A stretch of 41,192 nt of DNA from Gaiellales bacterium (GCA_035537595.1 DATLLX010000083.1:1-41192); one strand, 5' to 3'; positions 25,419 through 34,802 are shown, counted from the first letter of the stretch. Numbers and translations: made by a program. The notes: generated from the sequence alone by a model not told the origin.

Positions 25419-27880
25419 CCACACCGGCGCAGATCGCCCGGGCCCTCGCCGAGGGCGGCCGCGCCGCGCTCGAGGCAAACCGCCAGCGGCTGAACGACCT
25501 CAACGTCTATCCGGTGCCCGACGGCGATACCGGAACCAATCTGGCCGAGTCGGTGGCGGCGCTGGCCGACGCACTGGCCGACCCTTCCCTGGCCGATGCC
25601 GACCGGGCGGGAGTCGCCCACGCGGCGAAGCAGGCCGCACTGATGGGAGCCCGCGGCAACAGCGGCGTGATCCTCAGCCAGATCGTGCGCGGGCTGGCCG
25701 AGGCGCTGGCGGCCACCGAGGGCGAGCTGGGGCCGGCGGACGCCGCGGCGGCGCTCCGCGAGGCCGCCACCCGGGCGTACTGCGCCGTCCGCCAGCCGGT
25801 CGAAGGGACGATGCTGACCGCGATCCGCGAGATGGCCGAGGAGGCCGAGCGGATGCCGCCGGACGGCGAGCTGGCGCCCATGCTCGACGCGGTTGTCCGA
25901 GCTGGGGAGGCCACGGTGGAGCGGACGCCGGACATGCTCGAGGTTCTGCGCCGCAGCGGTGTGGTCGACGCCGGCGCCGCCGGGCTGGTCGAGCTGACCC
26001 GGGGAGCCGTCGCCGGGCTGCGGGGCGAGGAGGCCGGACCCGCTGGGCCGGCTGTCGCCAGGCCGGTGACCATCGGCACCCACCACCAGGAGGACTCGCC
26101 GTTTCGGTACTGCACCACCTACCTGGTGGAGGGGCCCGGGGTGGACGCCGACGCCCTTGCGGCGCAGCTCGAACCGCTCGGGGATTCGCTGCACGTCGTC
26201 GGCGAGTCACCGATGTTCAAGGTGCACATCCATACGGACGACCCCGGCGCCGCGTTGTCGCTGGCGGTCGCCGTCGGGTCCGTCGACCGGATCGAGATCG
26301 CCGACATGCACCGGCAGACCGCCGAGCGCGCGCGGCGGCTGTCGCTGGTGCGCGACCACCAGGCCACCGGGGTGGTGGCCGTGGTGGCCGGCAAGGGCAA
26401 CGAGGCCGCCTACCGCGAGGCCGGCGCCCAGGGGCTGGTGGCCGGCGGCCAGTCGATGAACCCGTCGGCCGGCGAGATCGTGGCGGCGATCGAGGCGGTG
26501 GACGCCGACGGCGTGCTGGTGCTGCCGAACAACGCCAACGTGATCCTGGCGGCCGAACATGCCGCGGCCGCGGCCGGCCGGCCGGCCCGGGTCGTGCCCA
26601 CCCGGTCGGTCGCTGCCGGCCTGCTGCTGCTCGGGCACGTCGACCCGGGCCTGCCGCTGGATGTCAACGCCGACCTGCTGGCCGCCCGCAACGGCGCCGT
26701 CCGCCACGGCGAGGTGACAGCCGCTGTGCGCGACTCCCAGGCCGACGGCGTGGCCGTCCGCAAGGGCCAGCACATCGCGCTGATCGACGGTCAGGTGGCG
26801 GGCGCCTACACCACCCCGGAGGATGCCGCCGCCGCGCTGATCGACGGCCTGGGGGCCACGGCCGACCGGCTGCTGCTGGTGACTGGGGAGGCCGGCGAGC
26901 TGGCAACCGGCGGCTGGCTTGAGGCTGTCCGGGCCCGCCACCGGGGGGTGGCCATCGAGCTGCGTGACGGAGGCCAGCCGCTGTACCCGCTGGTGGCGGC
27001 GGCGGAGGGCCGGCAGCTGCTGACGGCCGAGAACACGGCGCTCGTGCTCGATTCGACCGCCGACCTGGCCGATCCCCGGTCTCTGCACGCCAACTGGCGG
27101 ATGGTGCCGCTCTCGGTCCGCTTCGGCGACAGTGAGCTGCTCGACTTCATCGAGCTCTCGCCGGACGAGTTCTATCGGCGGTTGGAGACCGCGGTCGATC
27201 ACCCGACCACCGCCGCGCCCTCGCCGGGCGCCTACCAGGCCGCGTTCGAGGAGCTGTCCGGCTACGGTCGGATCCTGGTGCTGCCGGTCTCCTCCCGGGT
27301 CTCGGCCAGTGCCGGATCGGCCGAGCTCGCAGCTCGCGCGATCGACCCCGACGGCCGGCGGATCAGCGTGCTCGACGGCCGGTCGGTGTCGGGCGCCACG
27401 CTGCTTCTGGCCGACGGCCTGCAGCGGCTGCTCGTCCGCGGTGTGCCGGAGAATCAGCTGATGACGTGGTTCGAGCAGGCCCGTGACCGGCTCTCGCTGG
27501 TGTTCTCGGTGGAGACGCTCGAATACCTGCGGCGGGGTGGGCGGATCGGCCGGGCGAAGGCGGTGATCGGCGGTCTGCTGCGCGTGCGCCCGCTGCTCAC
27601 GCTGAGCGACGGGGAGGTGGTGGCGCACGGGTCGGTGCGCGGCCGGGGCGCGGTGCTGCCCGCTTTCGAGCGGTTCCTGGGCGAGCGGCTGGCCGCCGCG
27701 GATCATGCCCGGATCGCGGTCGTGCATGCCCGCGACGAGGCCCGGGCCGGCGAGCTGTGCGAGCTGCTCGCTCGTGACTGGCCGCGCTGCTCGGTCGACC
27801 ACGTCGTCGAACTGGGCGCGGTGGTGGGCACCCACGGCGGCCCGGGCACCCTGGGCATGGCCGTGCTCCCGGGCGAATGA
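25415..27880 (+). CDS. fusion protein: DAK2-domain FakA/YloV-like kinase module (aa 1 to about 535) + DegV/FakB-like fatty-acid-binding module (aa about 538-821)
   Basis: The N-terminus has LNVYPVPDGDTGTNL and ARGNSGVILSQ (DhaL/DAK2). The middle resembles the YloV C-terminal region. From about nt 27026 the sequence TALVLDSTADL...VPLSVRFG...PTTAAPSPG...LEYLRRGGRIGRAKA matches the DegV family. There is a single uninterrupted ORF of 821 aa. Confidence 0.85.
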   Translation: MTTPAQIARALAEGGRAALEANRQRLNDLNVYPVPDGDTGTNLAESVAALADALADPSLADADRAGVAHAAKQAALMGARGNSGVILSQIVRGLAEALAATEGELGPADAAAALREAATRAYCAVRQPVEGTMLTAIREMAEEAERMPPDGELAPMLDAVVRAGEATVERTPDMLEVLRRSGVVDAGAAGLVELTRGAVAGLRGEEAGPAGPAVARPVTIGTHHQEDSPFRYCTTYLVEGPGVDADALAAQLEPLGDSLHVVGESPMFKVHIHTDDPGAALSLAVAVGSVDRIEIADMHRQTAERARRLSLVRDHQATGVVAVVAGKGNEAAYREAGAQGLVAGGQSMNPSAGEIVAAIEAVDADGVLVLPNNANVILAAEHAAAAAGRPARVVPTRSVAAGLLLLGHVDPGLPLDVNADLLAARNGAVRHGEVTAAVRDSQADGVAVRKGQHIALIDGQVAGAYTTPEDAAAALIDGLGATADRLLLVTGEAGELATGGWLEAVRARHRGVAIELRDGGQPLYPLVAAAEGRQLLTAENTALVLDSTADLADPRSLHANWRMVPLSVRFGDSELLDFIELSPDEFYRRLETAVDHPTTAAPSPGAYQAAFEELSGYGRILVLPVSSRVSASAGSAELAARAIDPDGRRISVLDGRSVSGATLLLADGLQRLLVRGVPENQLMTWFEQARDRLSLVFSVETLEYLRRGGRIGRAKAVIGGLLRVRPLLTLSDGEVVAHGSVRGRGAVLPAFERFLGERLAAADHARIAVVHARDEARAGELCELLARDWPRCSVDHVVELGAVVGTHGGPGTLGMAVLPGE

Positions 27881-30021
27881 GCCGCACGGCGTTCGCCGGG
27901 CTACCGCTCTCCGGAGCGCCGCCCAGGCCCGTCCGTGCGCCCCGGCCGTCGCACCTCGACCAGCCGGTGCCGGGCGACCGCCGGTTGCGCTCGGCGCTGG
28001 CCTCCCTGAGGCCGCGGCCGGTTGTGACGATCGGCGACCTGCTCGAGCACGTGCCCTTCCGCCACGAGGATTTCCGTGAGGCCAGGCGGATGGCGGATAT
28101 GCAGCCGGGCGAGGAGGCGACCATCGTGGCCACCGTGATCGACGTCCGCCAGCGGCCGACCAGGCGCCGCAACCTGGTGATCGTCGAGGCCCGCGTGCGC
28201 GACGCCTCCGGGCCGGGCGTGGTGATCTGGTTCAACCAGCGGTACGTCGCCCGCCAGCTGTCGCCCGGCACGGTGATCTCGGTGCGGGGCGAGCGGCGGG
28301 CGTCGATCGGGGCCGAGATCGCGGCCAAGTCGCACGAGGTGATGGAGGAGGGCGATGACGCCCAGCACACCAGCGGCCTGGTGCCGATCTACCGGGCCAC
28401 CGAGAATCTCAGCAGCCGGCGGATCCGGACGCTGGTAGACGAGCAGCTGGGGCATGCCGGGGACGCTCCGGACGCGCTGCCCAGCGAGGTGCGCGGGCGC
28501 CATCGGCTGCCGCTTCGCCGCGACGCGATCGTGGCCGCCCACCGGCCCCGCACGCCGCGCGACGCCGAGCGGGCCCGCCGCCGGCTGGCCTTCGAGGAGC
28601 TGTTCCTGCTCCAGGTGGGTCTGATCCGCCACCGCCGGGAGCTGGAGTCGGCGGCCGTCGCACCTGCCCTGGGCCGACCGGGAGAGCTGTCCGCGGGTCT
28701 GCTGGGGACGCTGCCGTTCACGCCGACGGCGGCCCAGATCCGGGCGATGGCCGAGGTGGACGGCGATGTCGCCCGTACCATCCCCATGCAGCGGCTGCTG
28801 CAGGGCGACGTCGGGGCGGGCAAGACGGTCGTGGCCGTGCACGCGCTGCTGCGGGCGGTCGAGCACGGCGGCCAGGGAGCGCTGATGGCGCCCACCGAGA
28901 CGCTGTCCTCGCAGCACCTGCTGAGCATCTCCGCGCTGTGCGAGCCGCTGGGCGTGCGCGTCACCCCGCTGGTCAACGGCATGCCCGCCCGCAAGCGGCG
29001 GGCCGCCCTGCAGATGGTCGAGTCGGGCGAGCCCCAGATCGTGGTCGGCACCCACGCCCTGATCCAGGACGCGGTCGTGTTCGGAAGGCTCGAGGTTGCG
29101 GTGGTCGACGAGCAGCACCGGTTTGGCGTCGACCAGCGGCGGGCGCTGGAGGAGAAGGCTCGGGACACGGGCCATGTCCCGCATGTGCTGCACATGACCG
29201 CCACGCCGATCCCGCGCACGCTGGCGCTGACCGTGTACGGCGACCTCGACGTGTCGCTGCTGGACGAGCTGCCGCCGGGCCGCACGCCGGTCGTCACCCG
29301 GCTCGTCTCGCGCCGGCGGCGGGGCGAGGTGTTCACCCGCATGCGGCGGCTGCTGGACGAGGGTCGGCAGGCGTATGTGGTCTGTCCGCTGGTGTCGGAG
29401 AGCGCCGTCGCCGAGGCCACGGCCGCCGAGACGGAGGCCCGGAGGCTGGCCGAGGGAGAGCTGCGCGGCTATCGGGTCGAGGTGATGCACGGCCAGATGC
29501 CGGTCGCCGAGCGGCGCGCGGTCATGCAGCGATTCCGGGCCGGCGAGCTGCAGGTGCTGGTGGCGACCACGGTGATCGAGGTCGGCGTCGACGTCCCCAA
29601 TGCCGTGTTGATGGTGATCGAGGAGGCCGACCGGTTCGGGCTGGCACAGCTCCACCAGCTTCGGGGCCGGGTCGGCCGTGGTGCGTACGAGAGCTACTGC
29701 CTGCTGCTGGCCGACCCAGTGACCGACGACGGCCGTCAGCGGCTGGAGGCGATGGTGCGCACCACCGACGGTTTCGAGCTCGCCGAGGTCGACCTCGAGC
29801 TGCGCGGTGAGGGCAGCCTGCTGGCAGCCCGCCAGAGCGGCATCCCCGACCTGCGCCACGCCCGCCTGTCGAGGCACCGGCGGCTGGCGATGCGAGCACG
29901 CCAGGAGGCACTGCGACACCTCGACGCCGATCCCCAGCTGCGCTCGCCGGCGTCTGAGCTGATGCTCGACCAGGCGCGGCGGCTGTTCGGCGAGGAGATC
30001 GGCTGGCTGACCCGTGCCTGA
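27877..30021 (+). CDS. recG: ATP-dependent DNA helicase RecG
   Basis: ATGA overlap with the upstream gene. Wedge/OB N-terminus, Walker A GDVGAGKTVVA, DEQHRFGV and QLHQLRGRVGRG. Confidence 0.93.
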   Translation: MSRTAFAGLPLSGAPPRPVRAPRPSHLDQPVPGDRRLRSALASLRPRPVVTIGDLLEHVPFRHEDFREARRMADMQPGEEATIVATVIDVRQRPTRRRNLVIVEARVRDASGPGVVIWFNQRYVARQLSPGTVISVRGERRASIGAEIAAKSHEVMEEGDDAQHTSGLVPIYRATENLSSRRIRTLVDEQLGHAGDAPDALPSEVRGRHRLPLRRDAIVAAHRPRTPRDAERARRRLAFEELFLLQVGLIRHRRELESAAVAPALGRPGELSAGLLGTLPFTPTAAQIRAMAEVDGDVARTIPMQRLLQGDVGAGKTVVAVHALLRAVEHGGQGALMAPTETLSSQHLLSISALCEPLGVRVTPLVNGMPARKRRAALQMVESGEPQIVVGTHALIQDAVVFGRLEVAVVDEQHRFGVDQRRALEEKARDTGHVPHVLHMTATPIPRTLALTVYGDLDVSLLDELPPGRTPVVTRLVSRRRRGEVFTRMRRLLDEGRQAYVVCPLVSESAVAEATAAETEARRLAEGELRGYRVEVMHGQMPVAERRAVMQRFRAGELQVLVATTVIEVGVDVPNAVLMVIEEADRFGLAQLHQLRGRVGRGAYESYCLLLADPVTDDGRQRLEAMVRTTDGFELAEVDLELRGEGSLLAARQSGIPDLRHARLSRHRRLAMRARQEALRHLDADPQLRSPASELMLDQARRLFGEEIGWLTRA

Positions 30022-30487
30022 CGGCATATCTTCAACCTGGATGACCGAGCCAGGCGCCCACGAGGAGCAGGCCCGCACGCTGTTCAACCGGGTCTGGGAG
30101 CTGCTGGAGGAAGACCGCACGCCGGACGGCGACGTCGAGATGCTGCACGCCGCCCATGCCTCCCGCCACCACTGGTGGGCAGCCGGAGCGGGCCCGGTGC
30201 GGCTGCTGCGCGGCGAGTGGCAGATCTCCCGTGTCTACGCCACCCTGGGCCGGCCGGAGCCGGCGCTGGCGCATGCCCGGCTGGCGCTCGAGCTCAGCGA
30301 GCGGCAGGAGGTGGGCGCCTTCGACACCGCCTACGCCCACGAGGCGGCCGCCCGCGCGTATCTGCTCGCCGGCACCCGGGGCGCCGCCCGCCGCCATGTG
30401 GTCGAGGCCCGCAGGCTGCTCGACCGGATCGACGACGACGAGCACCGCGGCCTGCTGGAGGCCGACCTGGCCACGATCGAGCTGTGA
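30014..30487 (+). CDS. hypothetical helical (TPR-like) protein
   Basis: Coding-like codon bias and coupling to both neighbours (8-nt overlap with recG, GTGA with rsmD). I recognise no motif. The start is either GTG 30014 or ATG 30041. Confidence 0.5.
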   Translation: MPDGISSTWMTEPGAHEEQARTLFNRVWELLEEDRTPDGDVEMLHAAHASRHHWWAAGAGPVRLLRGEWQISRVYATLGRPEPALAHARLALELSERQEVGAFDTAYAHEAAARAYLLAGTRGAARRHVVEARRLLDRIDDDEHRGLLEADLATIEL

Positions 30488-31026
30488 GGATCATCGCCGG
30501 CGAGCGCCGCGGAACCCGGCTGGCGGTGCCGGCCGGCAGGCGCACGCGGCCCACGTCCGACCGGGCGCGGGAGTCGCTGTTCGCGATGCTCGGCTCGGTC
30601 GGCGATCTCGACGTGCTCGACCCGTTCGCGGGCTCCGGGGCGCTGGGGCTGGAGGCCCTGTCGCGCGGTGCCCGCCATGCCGTGTTCTGCGAGACCTCGC
30701 CGGCGGCGCTGCGCGCCCTGCGGGACAACATCGCCCGGCTCCGCTACGGCGACCGGACGGAGGTCGTGCGACTGGACGGCCGCAGGCGGATGGCGGAAGA
30801 TGCCGCCGCGGGGCACCGGTACCACTTGCTCCTGCTCGATCCCCCTTATACGATGCTGCCCGCCTTGCAAGAACCGTTTTCCCTGCAGCTGCCCGGATTG
30901 CTGGTTCCCGGCGGCCTGGCGGTGGTCGAGGGCCCGGCGTCGAGCCCCGCCCCCGACCTGCCACTGGAGCTCGACACCACCCGCACCTACGGCGAGGCCC
31001 GGATCTCGCTCTACCGGCATGGCTGA
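30484..31026 (+). CDS. rsmD: 16S rRNA (guanine966-N2)-methyltransferase RsmD
   Basis: Motifs RIIAGERRG, RPTSDRARESLF, LDPFAGSGALGLEALSRGA and DPPY. Confidence 0.9.
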   Translation: MRIIAGERRGTRLAVPAGRRTRPTSDRARESLFAMLGSVGDLDVLDPFAGSGALGLEALSRGARHAVFCETSPAALRALRDNIARLRYGDRTEVVRLDGRRRMAEDAAAGHRYHLLLLDPPYTMLPALQEPFSLQLPGLLVPGGLAVVEGPASSPAPDLPLELDTTRTYGEARISLYRHG

Positions 31027-31516
31027 GCGGGTGGCGGTGTGTCCGGGCACCTACGACCCGGTCACGGTCGGCCACCTCGACATCATCCGCCGGTCGGCCG
31101 AGATCTTCGACCGGGTGGTCGTGGGGGTGGTACGCGCGCCGCGCCACAAGCAGACCATGTTCCCGCTGGAGGAGCGGATCGGGTTCATCGAGCAGTCGTT
31201 GCAGGGCACCGCCAACACCGAGGTGGTGGGGTTCAGCGAGCTGGTGGTCGACTTCGCGCGGCAGCACGGCGCGCATGCGATCGTCAAGGGGCTGCGCGCC
31301 GTCTCCGACTTCGAGTGGGAGTTTCAGATGAACCACCTGAACCGCGGTCTGGCGCCTGAGATCGAGACGATCTACCTGATGAGCTCGCCTCGCTACAGTT
31401 TTCTGTCCTCCCGCGGAGTGCGTGAGATCGCATCATTCGGCGGTCCCGTGGCAGAGTACGTACCTGAGCAGGTCGCCCGTCGGCTCGCCGAGCTGCACGA
31501 GCAGGGCGCCATCTGA
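31019..31516 (+). CDS. coaD: pantetheine-phosphate adenylyltransferase
   Basis: Motifs VCPGTYDPVTVGHLDII, IVKGLRAVSDFEWE and ISSRGVREI-like (LSSRGVREIA). Confidence 0.94.
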   Translation: MAERVAVCPGTYDPVTVGHLDIIRRSAEIFDRVVVGVVRAPRHKQTMFPLEERIGFIEQSLQGTANTEVVGFSELVVDFARQHGAHAIVKGLRAVSDFEWEFQMNHLNRGLAPEIETIYLMSSPRYSFLSSRGVREIASFGGPVAEYVPEQVARRLAELHEQGAI

Positions 31517-31534
31517 TGAAGTGAGGAGACCCCG

Positions 31535-32029
31535 TTGGACGTTCTGGTTCTGATCGACAAGCTGGATGAGATGGTGCAGAACGCCAAGAGCGTGCCCATG
31601 ACCGACCAGGTGCGCATCGACCGGGAGGAGATCTGGGAGATCATCGATCAGATGCGCTCCACCATCCCGGAGGAGATCAAGCAGGCCCGCTGGATCGTCA
31701 AGGAGCGGCAGGAGATGCTGGCCGAGGCGAAGCGCGAGGCCGAGCGGCTGGTCAACGAGGCCCGCGAGCAGGCCGGCCGGGAAGCATCCCAGCAGGAGGT
31801 CGTGAAGCTGGCCGAGCGCCAGGCCCACGAGCTGCTGGAGCAGGCCCGGGGGCGCGAGCGGGAGACACGCCTGGCCGCCGAGGACTATGCGGACGGGATC
31901 CTCGAGCATCTCGAGGTCAACCTGGGCAAGTTCCTGACCGCCGTCCAGCGCGGTCGCGAGCAGCTGGCGCAGGGCTCGCAGGACCGCGCGGGAGCCGCCA
32001 CCGCCGGCTTCGATGTGACCCAGCCCTGA
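31535..32029 (+). CDS. coiled-coil protein (ATPase subunit b / DivIVA-like architecture), function unknown
   Basis: TTG start 7 nt after the GAGGAG RBS. The protein is strongly charged with a heptad-like sequence (EEIKQARWIVKERQEMLAEAKREAERLVNEAREQ). Confidence 0.6.
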   Translation: MDVLVLIDKLDEMVQNAKSVPMTDQVRIDREEIWEIIDQMRSTIPEEIKQARWIVKERQEMLAEAKREAERLVNEAREQAGREASQQEVVKLAERQAHELLEQARGRERETRLAAEDYADGILEHLEVNLGKFLTAVQRGREQLAQGSQDRAGAATAGFDVTQP

Positions 32030-32043
32030 TCGCGGAGAGAACC

Positions 32044-32547
32044 ATGCTTGACCTTCGCTCATTCGAGCTCGAGCCGGGCAGCGTCCGCCATGAGACGGCG
32101 ACCGTCCACCTCGATCCGATGCTGCTGGGCGGCCAGAGCTACGAGGTGCGCCCCGAGCAGTTGCCGGTGCAGATCGAGCTGCAGCCGGGCCACGGCAGCC
32201 TTTTCATGAAGCTGCGGTTCACCGCCACCGTGCACGGGCCGTGCATGCGCTGCCTGGAGGACGCCCAGCTCGAGGTGAGGGCGGCGGCCGAGGAATACCA
32301 CGACCATGGCGCGGCCGCTCGCGGCGACGAGGAGCTGGCCAGCGAGTACCTGCACGACATGCAGCTCGACCTCGAGGCGTGGGCGCGCGACACCCTGGCC
32401 GAGGCTCTGCCCGAGAAGATCCTCTGCAGCGCCGACTGCGCCGGGCTGTGCGCCCTCTGCGGCGAGCGGCTGCAGCCGGGAGACGACCACGCATGCGCCG
32501 AACCGGAGCCCGACACCCGCTGGGAGAAGCTGCGGGAACTGCTATAA
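32044..32547 (+). CDS. yceD: YceD/DUF177 family protein (large-subunit rRNA accumulation protein)
   Basis: It sits immediately upstream of rpmF, as in most bacteria. The C-terminal Cys cluster is CSADCAGLCALCG...C. Confidence 0.8.
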   Translation: MLDLRSFELEPGSVRHETATVHLDPMLLGGQSYEVRPEQLPVQIELQPGHGSLFMKLRFTATVHGPCMRCLEDAQLEVRAAAEEYHDHGAAARGDEELASEYLHDMQLDLEAWARDTLAEALPEKILCSADCAGLCALCGERLQPGDDHACAEPEPDTRWEKLRELL

Positions 32548-32557
32548 ACCCAGGCTT

Positions 32558-32746
32558 ATGGCCGTTCCCAAGAAGAAGACCTCCAAGGCGCGCCGCGACA
32601 AGCGGCGGGCCACCCATCGGATCTCGGCGCCCGCGCTCACGGAGTGCCCGCATTGCCATCATCCGGTGCGACCACATCACGTCTGCGGGAACTGCGGCCA
32701 GTACCGGGGCCGTGAGGTCGAGCCTCTCACCACCGTCGCGCCCTAG
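32558..32746 (+). CDS. rpmF: 50S ribosomal protein L32
   Basis: MAVPKKKTSKARRDKRRA N-terminus and a zinc ribbon CPHC...CGNCG. Confidence 0.95.
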   Translation: MAVPKKKTSKARRDKRRATHRISAPALTECPHCHHPVRPHHVCGNCGQYRGREVEPLTTVAP

Positions 32747-32758
32747 GCCAGGGATGCG

Positions 32759-33832
32759 GTGAGCGTCACCGTCGCGGTCGACGCTCTGGGCGGAGACCGG
32801 GCGCCGGAGGAGATCGTCGCCGGCGCCGTCGAGTCGCTGCGCCCCGGGCTGCGGATCCTGATGTGCGGCCCGCTGGAGCTGGTCACGGCCGAGCTCGCCA
32901 GGCATGGCAGCCCGGCAGGCATCGAGGCGGTCGACGCGCCCGAGACGATCGACTTCCATGACGACGCCGTGGCCGCGGTGCGCAGCCGTCCCCGCTCGTC
33001 GCTGGTCGTTCCCTGCACCCTCGTCCGCGAGGGCCGCGCCGGGGCGGCCGTGTCGGCGGGCCACACGGGTGCCATGCTGGCCGCGTCGCTGCTGCACATG
33101 GGCCGGATCCGCGGCGTCCACCGGCCCGGGATCGCCGTCGCGCTGCCCGCCCAGGGCGGCCCCGCCGTGCTGATCGATGCCGGCGCCAACGCCGAGTGCA
33201 AGCCGGAGAACCTCCTCCAGTTCGGCGTGATGGGCTCCGTGTTCGCCGAGCGAGTGCTGCGGATCGAGAGCCCCCGGGTGGGGCTGCTGTCGCTCGGCGA
33301 GGAGGCGACCAAGGGCAGCAGCCTGACGCTGGAGGCGCACGACCTGCTGGCCGCGGCGCCAATCAACTTCGCCGGCAACTGCGAGGGCCGCGACGCGCTG
33401 CGCGGGGACTTCCGGGTGATCGTGGCCGACGGCTTCAGCGGCAACGTGATGCTGAAGTCGATGGAGGGCGCCGGCTCGGTGCTGTTCGCCGAGATGCGGG
33501 AGGCGGCGATGTCCTCGCTGAGGGCCAAGCTGGGGGCGCTGCTGCTGCGGCCCGCGCTGCGCGGCGTGCGCGACCACTACGACCCCGAGCGGATCGGCGG
33601 CGCCTACCTGCTGGGTGTCCGCGGCCTGTCGGTGATCGCCCATGGCAGCTCCTCCCGGCGGGCGATCGTGAACGCCATCCAGCTCGCCGCCCGGGGCATC
33701 GAGGAGGACGTGGTCGAGCGAATGGAGCGGGGGATCGCCGCGGCCGCCGCGGCACCCGACTTGCAGGACCGGTCGCCGGTACGTACAGTCCCCGCTGTCG
33801 TAGACCCGGAGAATGGAGAGAGGCTGACATGA
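32759..33832 (+). CDS. plsX: phosphate acyltransferase PlsX
   Basis: Motifs [30 protein letters not shown] and HGSSS. Confidence 0.93.
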   Translation: MSVTVAVDALGGDRAPEEIVAGAVESLRPGLRILMCGPLELVTAELARHGSPAGIEAVDAPETIDFHDDAVAAVRSRPRSSLVVPCTLVREGRAGAAVSAGHTGAMLAASLLHMGRIRGVHRPGIAVALPAQGGPAVLIDAGANAECKPENLLQFGVMGSVFAERVLRIESPRVGLLSLGEEATKGSSLTLEAHDLLAAAPINFAGNCEGRDALRGDFRVIVADGFSGNVMLKSMEGAGSVLFAEMREAAMSSLRAKLGALLLRPALRGVRDHYDPERIGGAYLLGVRGLSVIAHGSSSRRAIVNAIQLAARGIEEDVVERMERGIAAAAAAPDLQDRSPVRTVPAVVDPENGERLT

Positions 33833-34068
33833 CTCGTGAGGAGGCGTTTGAGCGCGTCAGGGGGATCCTGGTCGAGCAGCTCGGTGTCGATGAGGATCAG
33901 GTGACCGAGGCTGCCTCGTTCCAGGCCGACCTCGACGCCGACTCGCTCGACCTCGTCGAGCTGATCATGGAGCTGGAGGACCAGTTCGGCCTCAAGATCT
34001 CCGACGAGGACGCGCAGAAGATCGAGACCGTCGGCCAGGCCGTCGACTACGTCACCACCAACGGCTAG
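33829..34068 (+). CDS. acpP: acyl carrier protein
   Basis: ATGA overlap with plsX. The phosphopantetheine site is [16 protein letters not shown] (DSLD). Confidence 0.95.
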   Translation: MTREEAFERVRGILVEQLGVDEDQVTEAASFQADLDADSLDLVELIMELEDQFGLKISDEDAQKIETVGQAVDYVTTNG

Positions 34069-34111
34069 GACGGAATCGGCGGGGGAGCTCCTCCGCCGGC
34101 TCGTCGATTCG

Positions 34112-34771
34112 CTGGCGCCCGAGGCCCGGCGCCAGGCGTTCACACATTCATCGTGGGTCACCGACCGCTCGGAGTCGTACGAACGGCTGGAGTTCCTGGG
34201 CGACAGCGTGCTGGGCCTGGCGGTGGCCGGGCATCTGTTCGCCCGTTTTCCCGACCGGCCGGAGGGCGACCTGGCCCGGATCCGCGCCCACGTCGTGTCC
34301 CGGCCCAGCTGCGCGGCGACCGCCCGCACCCTGGGGCTCGACCGCGAGCTGGTCGCCGAGGCCGCCAGGCGCGGCGGCGAGGCGGCTGCGTCGGCCGAGC
34401 AGCTGGCCGATTCCGACAGCGTGATGGCCGAGGTGATCGAGGCGGTGATCGGCGCCTGCTTCGTGCAGTTCGGCCACGAGCGGGTGGCCGAGGCGGTGGT
34501 CGCGGCCTTCGAGCCGCGGGTCGAGTTCGCCCTCGAAGGGCACGTCGACTACAAGACCGTGCTGCAGGAAGACCTGGCACGTCAGGGGGCCTCGGTAACC
34601 TATGACCTGGTCGAGGCAACCGGCCCCGACCACGACCGGCGCTTCACCAGCGTCGCGATCGTGGAGGGACGGCCGCTCGGCACGGGGACGGGGCCCAGCA
34701 AGAAGGCCTCCGAGCAGGCGGCGGCGCAGGAGGCGCTGCGCAAGCTCACCGGCCCCAGCCCACCACCGTAG
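34112..34771 (+). CDS. rnc: ribonuclease III (5' end unresolved)
   Basis: The signature ERLEFLGDSVLG (34181-34216) and the dsRBD C-terminus (GPDHDRRFT...GPSKKASEQAAAQEAL) are clear. There is no ATG/GTG/TTG in frame between the upstream stop (33962-33964) and GTG 34208, which lies inside the signature. CTG 34112 is the only table-11-type start that keeps the catalytic motif. RNase III-like N-terminal sequence (ELLRRL...AFTHSSW) already begins at about 34085. Confidence 0.8.
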   Translation: MAPEARRQAFTHSSWVTDRSESYERLEFLGDSVLGLAVAGHLFARFPDRPEGDLARIRAHVVSRPSCAATARTLGLDRELVAEAARRGGEAAASAEQLADSDSVMAEVIEAVIGACFVQFGHERVAEAVVAAFEPRVEFALEGHVDYKTVLQEDLARQGASVTYDLVEATGPDHDRRFTSVAIVEGRPLGTGTGPSKKASEQAAAQEALRKLTGPSPPP

Positions 34772-34802
34772 ACAACCGCCAGGATCACGTCAGGAGCCCG
34801 CG

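Noticed and set aside
27901-30120. 739-aa ORF antisense to recG, plus similar antisense or off-frame ORFs across smc (35672-38110, 36252-37844, 35395-36456)
   Set aside because: These are shadow ORFs with Arg/Pro/Ala-rich translations. The sense frames encode complete RecG and Smc with all signature motifs.
34060-34075. Programmed +1 frameshift at the acpP stop producing an ACP-RNase III fusion
   Set aside because: The rnc frame is +1 relative to acpP. However, the P-site codon GGC cannot re-pair in the +1 frame (GCU), and there is no prfB-like slippery or SD context. This is pure speculation without support.
34208-34771. GTG 34208 as the rnc start (the first canonical start in the frame)
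   Set aside because: It lies inside ERLEFLGDSVLG, and starting there would delete the catalytic acidic residues. About 45 codons of clearly RNase III-like sequence lie upstream in the same frame.
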